From: Pseudomonadota bacterium | Lineage (GTDB): Bacteria > Pseudomonadota > Alphaproteobacteria > Sphingomonadales > Sphingomonadaceae | DNA: 64,000 nt | Assembly: GCA_046733255.1 (NCBI GenBank) | Contig: JBKPOU010000029.1 | Location: forward strand, 5,714 to 69,713 | Reading direction: 5' to 3' | Part shown: positions 58,229 through 64,000 of the stretch, one piece after another | Position numbering within the stretch: the first letter of the stretch is position 1 | Layout of the letters: every line of letters begins with the position of its first letter | Made by a program: the position numbers and the translations under genes | Notes under the pieces: model-generated | What the model was told of the DNA's origin: nothing | The model's input: the letters and a program-made list of their open reading frames with translations, nothing else | The model's database searches: none

Positions 58229-58708
58229 ATGACCATCGAAGTCGGACAGAAGGTTCCCGACGTCCCGATCACGCTTGCCACTTCGGATGGGCCGAAGCCG
58301 ACGACGACCGGCGAATATTTCAGCGGCAAGAAGGTCGCTTTATTCGCGGTCCCCGGCGCCTTCACCCCGACATGCTCGGCGCGGCATTTGCCCTCCTATG
58401 TCGACAAGGCCGGGGATCTGAAGGGCAAAGGAGTTGACGAGATCGCCTGCATCTCCGTGAACGATCCGTTCGTCATGGCCGCGTGGAGCGAACGCGACGG
58501 TTCACAGGACATCACCATGCTCGCCGACGGCAACGGGCAGTTCGCCGACGCGATCGGCCTGGCCATGGACGGCTCGAAGTTCGGCATGGGCAAGCGCAGC
58601 CAACGCTACTCGATGATCGTCGATGACGGCACGGTCGAACAGCTCAATGTCGAGGCTCCCGGCGAGTATAGGGCATCGAGCGCCGAGCATATGCTCGAGC
58701 AGCTTTAA
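58229..58708 (+). CDS. Peroxiredoxin (Prx5 subfamily)
   Basis: FAVPGAFTPTCSARHLP, ISVNDPFVM, RSQRYSMIV; ATG at 58229. Confidence 0.95.
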   Translation: MTIEVGQKVPDVPITLATSDGPKPTTTGEYFSGKKVALFAVPGAFTPTCSARHLPSYVDKAGDLKGKGVDEIACISVNDPFVMAAWSERDGSQDITMLADGNGQFADAIGLAMDGSKFGMGKRSQRYSMIVDDGTVEQLNVEAPGEYRASSAEHMLEQL

Positions 58709-58759
58709 CCGCCCGTTCCGGTCACCCGTCGCTTGGACGCCTCTCCTCGCCGAAGTGCC

Positions 58760-58784
58760 GCAACGGCGCGCTTCCCGGATCGTT
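58760..58784 (+). promoter_or_regulatory. Candidate EcfG-type promoter
   Basis: GCAAC-N16-CGTT, then an AAAGGAG RBS. Confidence 0.6.
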
Positions 58785-58816
58785 GAATCTCCATTGAACT
58801 CAAAGGAGAATTCTTG

Positions 58817-59197
58817 ATGGCGAGGAACAATCAGCGCGGTGGCCGGAACAACAACCCGAGCGGCCGCAACCAGTATAGCAGCGACTGGATGGACAGCGTC
58901 CGCGAGCGTCCGATCGCGAGCGCCGCCGCTGCCGCCGCGGCCGTCGGCGCCGGCGTCTTCCTGTGGTCGAAACGCAACCAGATCAGTGAGCAGATCGGGC
59001 GGCTGAGCGACCAGATCAGCGACTGGAGCGAGCAGCGCGGCTGGAGCAGCGGTTCTGACAGCGAGTTGGCGATGGTTGACGATTCCAACGCGACCGGATC
59101 GTCGGCCACCGGTTCGCGTTCAGGAAGCTCGAGTGGCCGCTCGGCCAAGTCGCGCACCTCGGCCGGACGCGCAATGCCGCAAAGCACGACGATGTGA
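58817..59197 (+). CDS. Small single-TM hypothetical protein with an ElaB/YqjD-like anchor motif
   Basis: RERPIASAAAAAAAVGAGVFLWSKR; Ser/Gly/Arg low-complexity tail; RBS present. Confidence 0.7.
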   Translation: MARNNQRGGRNNNPSGRNQYSSDWMDSVRERPIASAAAAAAAVGAGVFLWSKRNQISEQIGRLSDQISDWSEQRGWSSGSDSELAMVDDSNATGSSATGSRSGSSSGRSAKSRTSAGRAMPQSTTM

Positions 59198-59219
59198 TCA
59201 ACCGGTCCTGGGACCAACA

Positions 59220-59248
59220 GGGGCGCTTCTCCCGGCGCCCCTTCTTTT
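59220..59248 (+). terminator. Intrinsic terminator
   Basis: GGGGCGC-N8-GCGCCCC followed by TTCTTTT. Confidence 0.7.
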
Positions 59249-59278
59249 ACTGCCCCGCTGAGGCGGTGCAGCACCGGA

Positions 59279-59301
59279 CCGTCATGCCGCCGGCATGACG
59301 G
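59279..59301. repeat. Perfect 11-bp inverted repeat (CGTC-tagged)
   Basis: CCGTCATGCCG-C-CGGCATGACGG. Confidence 0.6.
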
Positions 59302-59310
59302 CTGCAGTCG

Positions 59311-61188
59311 CTACCACCCGCACTGCCTGCCCTTGTTCTGCTCCTCCAGCCAAGCCTGCAGCGGAGCGAAATATTCGAGCATCGGCTTGCCCGACATCTC
59401 CCGGCTGCCGGTGAAAGCCTCGAGGGCGTCGGGCCAGGGGTGCGATGCACCCATCGTCAGCATCTGGTTCAGCCGCTGTCCAACCTCTTTGTTTCCGTAG
59501 AAGCTGCAGCGGTGGAGCGGCCCCTTCCAGCCGGCCATGTCGCACGCCGCTTTGTAGAACTGGAACTGCAGGATCCGCGCCAGGAAGTAGCGCGCATAAG
59601 GCGTGTTCGCCGGCACGTGATATTTCGCACCCGGGTCGAAGTCCGCCTCCGTCCGCTCGACGGGAGGGACGATGCCCTGATACTGGAGCCGAAGGTCGTT
59701 CCAGCCCTTCTCGTACCCGGTGCTCGGGATCGACCCGTCGAAGACTCCCCAGCGCCACTTGTCGACCATCAGCCCGAACGGAAGGAAGCCGACCTTGTCC
59801 ATCGCCTGCCGCAGGAGCAGGCCCACGTCCTTGTCGGCGCTCGGGACCTTGCTCCGATCGAGTAGCCCGATCTGCACCAGATATTCAGGGGTCACGGACA
59901 GAGCGATGAAGTCGCCGATGGCCTCGTGGAAACCGTCGTTGGCGCCATTCTTGTAGAGATAGGACTGCTGATTATAGGCGCGCTGATAGAAATTGTGGCC
60001 GAGCTCGTGGTGGATGGTCACGAAATCGTCGGCGTTGACGTGCGTGCACATCTTGATTCTGAGGTCGTTCTGGCTGTCGACGTCCCAGGCCGAGGCGTGA
60101 CAAATGACTTCGCGATCGCGCGGCCTGGTGATCTGCGATTTCTCCCAGAAGCTTTCGGGAAGCGCGGGGAAGCCTAGCGACGTGTAGAAGCGCTCTCCCG
60201 TCTTCACCATTTGGATCGGCGAATAGCCCTTCTTCTCCAGCAGGCTGGTGAGATCGTAGCCGATGTCGCCCGCGCCTTTTGGAGCGACCACGTCGTAGAT
60301 ATTGCCCCACTCCTGCGCCCACATGTTGCCGAGCAGGTCGGCGCGGATCGGCCCGGTCGCGGGCTGGACTTCGTCGCCGTACTTCTGGTTGAGTTTGGCC
60401 CGCGTATAGCAATGCAATTGGTCGTAGAGCAGCTTCATCTCGTTCCAAAGCCGGTCGTACATCGCCGAGAATTCTTCCGGGCTCATGTCATATTGCGACC
60501 GCCACATGGCGCCGGTGTCAGGATAGCCGAGTTCCTTCGCGCCGGCGTTGGCGATCTCGACCATGTGCGCATAGTCGGGGCGCATCGGTCGACCGACATT
60601 GTTGTTCCAGCTCGTCCAGACCTCCTTCAGCTTTGCCGGATCCCGCAGCGTCCCCATCTTCTCTTCGGCGACGTCGCCCGTGATGGTCTTGCCGTCGAGC
60701 GTCGCTCGGCCCTTGCCGTAGGTCGACTGGAGCCGAGTTGCGATCTCGTTCAATTCGGCGGCCGCTCCGGGGGTAGTCGGCGCTGCGAGAACGAGCGCCC
60801 CGCGAAGGATGTTCAGCTTGCGCGCGGTGTCGGGATCGAGCCCCTGGACCTCCGCATAGCGGGCCGCCTGCGACGCATATTTGACGCCCTTTTCGGTGCC
60901 GATCGTGCCGAAATAGGCTGCGAGCGCGTCGGTATCGTCAGTGATGTAGGTCGCATTCACCCATGCCGCCTTGCTGCCGATGATTCCGAAATCGTCCAGA
61001 TCCTTTTCCGCCGCAGCAATGAACTGCTGGGCGCCTTCGGGCGTCAGCGGATAAGGCAGCGCGTCGGCGGAAGCGACCTCTGCAGGCGCTCCCGCGGAAG
61101 CCACGGGCATTTCGGCCTGCGACGGCGGGCTGGTCGCGCACCCAGCAATCGCGAGTGCTGCAAGCGAGACGGACGCGGCAAATCTCAT
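59311..61188 (-). CDS. M2 family zinc metallopeptidase (ACE-like peptidyl-dipeptidase), lipoprotein
   Basis: Lipobox LAIAGC; LLGNMWAQEW, CHASAWD, HHELGH, GFHEAIGD; ATG at 61188. Confidence 0.95.
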   Translation of the reverse strand: MRFAASVSLAALAIAGCATSPPSQAEMPVASAGAPAEVASADALPYPLTPEGAQQFIAAAEKDLDDFGIIGSKAAWVNATYITDDTDALAAYFGTIGTEKGVKYASQAARYAEVQGLDPDTARKLNILRGALVLAAPTTPGAAAELNEIATRLQSTYGKGRATLDGKTITGDVAEEKMGTLRDPAKLKEVWTSWNNNVGRPMRPDYAHMVEIANAGAKELGYPDTGAMWRSQYDMSPEEFSAMYDRLWNEMKLLYDQLHCYTRAKLNQKYGDEVQPATGPIRADLLGNMWAQEWGNIYDVVAPKGAGDIGYDLTSLLEKKGYSPIQMVKTGERFYTSLGFPALPESFWEKSQITRPRDREVICHASAWDVDSQNDLRIKMCTHVNADDFVTIHHELGHNFYQRAYNQQSYLYKNGANDGFHEAIGDFIALSVTPEYLVQIGLLDRSKVPSADKDVGLLLRQAMDKVGFLPFGLMVDKWRWGVFDGSIPSTGYEKGWNDLRLQYQGIVPPVERTEADFDPGAKYHVPANTPYARYFLARILQFQFYKAACDMAGWKGPLHRCSFYGNKEVGQRLNQMLTMGASHPWPDALEAFTGSREMSGKPMLEYFAPLQAWLEEQNKGRQCGW

Positions 61189-61248
61189 TGGTTTCCCCTC
61201 TTCCAACGATTTCGTGAGCCTTAGAAGTGAAAGCTGCGCGCCGCTGAG

Positions 61249-62007
61249 TCAACGCGATGCGAGGAACCGGGCGATCGCCTTGCCCAGCTCCGGCTCGGTG
61301 ACCGAGCTCATGTGCGTGCCCGGCACTTCCTCGAATTTCGCGTCCGGTAACGCTTCGGCCAGCTTTTCGCCCGAGCCGTTGTCATGGTCCTCGCTGCCGC
61401 ACACGACCAGCGTCGGCATCTTGAAAGCGTCGAGCCACTGGTCCTGTGCATCGACGAAGCTGCTGAGCAAATGCTTCGCAGCGACGAGATCGACCTTCAT
61501 CGTTTTCATGAACTGGATCGCCAGCCAGTGCGGGTTGCCGCGCGCAGCGGTGTCGAACTCGTCGATCGCGTCGAGGAAGAATTGCTTGCGGCGGAGCCAG
61601 CCCTTCAAGCCTTCGAGGCCCATTCCGCCAAGCACGCACTTGCCGGGCCTCATCCCTTCGCCAACCGCTTCCACCGTCGTTCGCGCGCCCAGCGAGAATC
61701 CGCCAAGGTCGAAGCTTTCGAGCTGGAGGTGGGCGACGAGTTCGCGAAGGTCGCGGGCCAGCACTCCGGCGGGATAGCAGGCGGGATCGTGCGGTTTTCC
61801 CGATTCCCCATGCGCTCGAAGGTCCGGCATGATCACCCGGAAACCGTCGCCGGCAATGCGGTCCGCGTGACCGAACTTGATCCAGTTCATCTGCGCGTCG
61901 GAAAACAGTCCGTGGACGAGGATCGCCGGCCTGCCCTCGCCTACCTCGTGAAAGGCGAGCTCGACCCCGTCGGATGCCGTCCAGAAGTGGGTCGACGGTT
62001 CAGCCAT
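61249..62007 (-). CDS. Alpha/beta fold hydrolase
   Basis: ILVHG, DLRAHGES, GFSLG nucleophile elbow, GTHMS. Confidence 0.9.
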   Translation of the reverse strand: MAEPSTHFWTASDGVELAFHEVGEGRPAILVHGLFSDAQMNWIKFGHADRIAGDGFRVIMPDLRAHGESGKPHDPACYPAGVLARDLRELVAHLQLESFDLGGFSLGARTTVEAVGEGMRPGKCVLGGMGLEGLKGWLRRKQFFLDAIDEFDTAARGNPHWLAIQFMKTMKVDLVAAKHLLSSFVDAQDQWLDAFKMPTLVVCGSEDHDNGSGEKLAEALPDAKFEEVPGTHMSSVTEPELGKAIARFLASR

Positions 62008-62150
62008 GTTTTTCGCCCTGCCACAGTACCGGGCCTTCAGGACAGCGGTTTCGTAATGCGTTGAATGGCTACGCGCGGCCGCCGCCTTTGGCTTTATTGC
62101 TTTTTTTTAACTGGCGTGGTCCGTTAGCTTGGGGTCACTCTTCCAATCCC

Positions 62151-62879
62151 ATGTGCCCAGTAGCATTCGGAGGGCTAGTGCCATCGTTCACCAAGTTGTC
62201 GACGAAATATGTCGGCCACATCGCCGACGACTATGAACGCGTGCGCACGGGCAAGAAGTGGGATTCGGAAAACGAGGGCATTTCACAGCTCCTCAACTAT
62301 GTCGAGCAGGGATCCAAAACTCTGGATATTCCGGTCGGAACCGGGCGTCTCTTTTCCTATTTCGACGAGCGATCGTTCGACATTTACGGACTCGACATTT
62401 CGACGGACATGATGGCGCAGGCGAAAGCCCACGCGGAGAAGATCGGCGCCAATGCCCGAATCGAAAAGGCCGACATCCGCTCCATCCCCTATCCTGACGG
62501 TTTCTTCGACCTGGTGGTATGCATCCGCTTCTTGAACATGATCGATGACCGGGGCGTGGATCAGGTGATCCGCGAGCTGGCCCGGGCCAGCAGCGACAAG
62601 CTCCTGATCGGCGTCCGCTACGTCACGCCCCTCTCCGATCTCCGGGCTCGGCCATCCGATTGGCCGCGGTTGCTTGCCCGCCCTGTTCGAGTGCTTCGCC
62701 GCTTCGCACACTTGTTCGTTGGCCGCCGCTGGGACGGGATGGCGCACGAAAAGGCCTTCCTCACGCAATTGTTCGCGGACGTCGGCCTTCAGGTCCTTCA
62801 AACGCGGTACGTCGAACGGCGGTGGGACAATACCGATTACGTCTTATGGCTGCTGGGCAAGGAAACTGCCGCCGACTAG
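62151..62879 (+). CDS. Class I SAM-dependent methyltransferase (start uncertain: 62151 or downstream)
   Basis: TLDIPVGTGRL motif I, GLDISTDMM, ADIRSIPYPDGFFDLVVCIRFL. Confidence 0.85.
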   Translation: MCPVAFGGLVPSFTKLSTKYVGHIADDYERVRTGKKWDSENEGISQLLNYVEQGSKTLDIPVGTGRLFSYFDERSFDIYGLDISTDMMAQAKAHAEKIGANARIEKADIRSIPYPDGFFDLVVCIRFLNMIDDRGVDQVIRELARASSDKLLIGVRYVTPLSDLRARPSDWPRLLARPVRVLRRFAHLFVGRRWDGMAHEKAFLTQLFADVGLQVLQTRYVERRWDNTDYVLWLLGKETAAD

Positions 62880-64000
62880 GCGCTCGCGGTCTTGCCTTCC
62901 GTTTTCGAGAGGTCCGGAATTCGGTCTTCCGCTGCTCCGGCGAGCTGCTCAGCTTTCGGAAGCTCGATGACCGCGGAGAGGCCGGGATCCGCATTTTTCA
63001 GCACCAGCCGCCCGTCGTGCAGCTTCGCGACCGCGCGCACGAGATTGAGTCCGAGTCCGTAGCCGGGCGTGCTTCGGCTTGTTTCCAGCCTGGAAAATCG
63101 CTTCGGCATGCTCCCCAGCTCCCGCGCGGGAACGCCGGGACCGTCGTCCGTGACCTGGACGAAAGCTGTGGTCGCCGACGAGGTCAGAGTCAGCCGGATA
63201 GAGCTTCCGCGAGGCGTGTGACGCTGCGCATTCTCGACGAGGTTTATGACCGCCTGGGCCAACAGCTCACGGTCGCCCTCGACCGCGACCGCCGTCTCCA
63301 TCGATGACTGCAAGGTCCGTCCGCCGTCCTCGATGGCGGGAGCATAGCTTTCCGCGAGTTCCGTCAGCAGGTCGCTGAGGTCGACCGCCTTGAAGTAGCG
63401 GCGCGTCTGCCCGGCCTCGACCTCGGCGATCCTGAGGATTGCCGCGAAGAGCGAGAGGACTTCGTCGACGTTGCCGATCGATTCCTCGATGACCGCAGCG
63501 GTCGATTCGCCATTGGCTGCTTTCAGGGCGCCTTCCTCGAGACGCGTGCGCAGCCGCGCGAGCGGAGTCCTCAAGTCATGCGCGACGTCGCTCGACACTT
63601 GCCGCAAATTCTCGAGCAGCCCCTCGATCCTGTCCAGCATCCGGTTCAGGGTCAAAGCGAGATTGTCGAATTCGTCGCGCCGGTCGCCGATCGGCATCCG
63701 CATTCGAACATTGCCGCCGATGATCGCCTCGGCCGCGCGGCTGATCGATTGGAGCCGCCGCCTCAGATATCGGGCGAGAAACAACGCCCCTGCCAGCCCG
63801 AGTGCGCAGGCGGAGCCGAACGCGATTGCAAAATAGGCGATAACCGTCCGGTCGATACGCTCTATCCAGTCGGCGTCGGCGGCGACGAGAAGCCGCTCGT
63901 CCGGCGACAGGTCGACAGCGACTCCGCGCGCGCTGTCTGCGCCCTCGCGAGGATCGACGAACATGATCGAATGAACGCCGAGTTCGGGCCGGGGCGTGTT
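62876..64000 (-). CDS. Membrane sensor histidine kinase (HAMP-HisKA-HATPase); 5' end lies beyond the window
   Basis: TM helix and HAMP domain, VAHDLRTPLARL, NLVENAQRHTP, DDGPGV, GYGLGL; frame stays open to the window edge. Confidence 0.92.
   Translation of the reverse strand, partial: NTPRPELGVHSIMFVDPREGADSARGVAVDLSPDERLLVAADADWIERIDRTVIAYFAIAFGSACALGLAGALFLARYLRRRLQSISRAAEAIIGGNVRMRMPIGDRRDEFDNLALTLNRMLDRIEGLLENLRQVSSDVAHDLRTPLARLRTRLEEGALKAANGESTAAVIEESIGNVDEVLSLFAAILRIAEVEAGQTRRYFKAVDLSDLLTELAESYAPAIEDGGRTLQSSMETAVAVEGDRELLAQAVINLVENAQRHTPRGSSIRLTLTSSATTAFVQVTDDGPGVPARELGSMPKRFSRLETSRSTPGYGLGLNLVRAVAKLHDGRLVLKNADPGLSAVIELPKAEQLAGAAEDRIPDLSKTEGKTASA

Noticed and set aside
62100-62110. T8 tract as phase-variation site or terminator
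   Set aside because: It is intergenic, has no convincing upstream stem and is too short to support slippage claims.
1-64000. CRISPR array, rRNA, IS elements, prophage or known defence systems
   Set aside because: No regularly spaced direct repeats and no transposase, integrase, phage structural, cas or restriction-modification motifs were seen.

Overview
A 64-kb chromosomal window from a high-GC alphaproteobacterium, most likely Sphingomonadaceae (inferred from gene order and protein style). It is very compact and mostly housekeeping: lapA-pyrF-accD-folC, ampG, a pseudouridine synthase-rsmD pair, tyrS, recG, sdhE-mfd, NAD kinase, tRNA-Asn(GTT), secA-putA, the conserved divL-tsaE-amgK-murU-addB-addA-trxA operon, and ahcY. 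No rRNA, CRISPR array, transposase or integrase is visible. The interest lies in departures from conserved synteny and in non-coding signals. (1) A divergent TonB-dependent receptor / TPR-sulfotransferase cassette sits between ahcY and divL. (2) trpFBA is absent from the pyrF-accD junction. (3) A 48-aa membrane-anchor ORF lies antisense between addB and addA. (4) A DUF4118-like membrane protein with an unrecognised Trp-rich tail precedes an orphan soluble kinase next to the tRNA. (5) A 2OG-Fe(II) oxygenase lies between recG and sdhE. (6) There are two exported methyltransferase-fold paralogs. (7) A NamZ/AmpG/AmgK/MurU peptidoglycan salvage set is present. (8) Candidate EcfG, RpoH, SahR and TetR sites and several REP-like palindromic elements can be read directly. 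All assignments come from motif reading without database searches.
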